A DNA stretch of 64,000 nucleotides. It comes from Azolla caroliniana (lineage: Eukaryota; Plantae; Polypodiophyta). The stretch spans positions 620,001 through 684,000 of the forward strand of contig JBHGNT010000004.1 in the NCBI GenBank assembly GCA_043228905.1, read 5' to 3'. A model generated the notes under the pieces. The model had not been told where the DNA came from. It made no database searches and saw only the letters and a program-made list of their open reading frames with translations. Every line of letters starts with the position of its first letter. The stretch's first letter is position 1. Below, in pieces: positions 63,547 through 64,000 of this stretch. The position numbers and the translations under genes are program-made.

Positions 63547-64000
63547 TGTCGTGAAGATTTTCGTCCACGAGCGGAAACCTGAGCAACGAGAGCCAAAGAG
63601 CGATGTGCAACGTTGCACACGTACATAATGTATTTGTAATAATAATAGGGGTAAAGGGTATGGTGCTAGAAATGCCCCATAAGATCCCTAAGGTATAAAG
63701 GCGATGTGGTCTTGTGCGCACATCCACGCGAGAGAGAGAGAGAGGTACTATGTGGTACATAGGTACCTAGTTGTTTGTGAGGAGGTGGGAGTTGAGGGGC
63801 CATCAATCTCACCCTCCCCAAATCAAGGCAAATATCCCCTTTGAATGAAAGGGGATATTTTAGTCTCGCTTTTGTAAATGGTCTTCCCTCCTTGTGCTAT
63901 AAAAGGAGAGGGAAGGCACCATTGTGGGGGTTGCCTATTTTGAGTGTGCGAGGTATACCACATAGGTCGAGCATTAGGGTTAGGGTTAGGGTTTCTTTAT
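63547..64000 (+). mobile_element. Probable 5' part of another LTR, inserted in the RNase H of the outer Copia
   Basis: RNase H homology stops abruptly at FMRERV. A new sequence starts TGTCGTGAAG and carries a TATAAAA at ~63898 flanked by inverted repeats. The other end is outside the window. Confidence 0.55.

Overview
AT-rich, intron-containing land-plant nuclear DNA; the gene structures and TE families suggest a seed-free plant such as a fern, which is inference only. Five host genes can be reconstructed by hand from splice sites: the 3' end of TRAPPC10/TRS130 (+, to 3237), plastid aspartate-semialdehyde dehydrogenase (+, 22563-26919), plastid Iojap/RsfS (+, ~28757-30827), ARP6 (-, 36240-33004) and a SIN3-like PAH corepressor (+, 42070-49596). 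The rest is TE-derived: two 5'-truncated LINEs (zf-RVT), a solo LTR, MITEs, tRNA-like SINEs, a chromodomain remnant and a heavily decayed Pif1-helicase plus possible endonuclease (Helitron/Helentron-like) remnant. The right end is an LTR nest: a decayed Copia interrupted by a young intact 5.35-kb Copia (one LTR mismatch, GAACG TSD) and probably by another LTR that runs off the window. The best second-look items are ratchet-point-like AG|GTAA sites created by a tandem repeat in an ASD intron, the Helentron-like remnant, four stop-free 3n introns in SIN3, a tandem tRNA-like array upstream of ARP6, a 3' motif shared by two divergent LINEs and TATA-centred palindromes in the LTRs. No database search was run, and no complete novel system is demonstrated.
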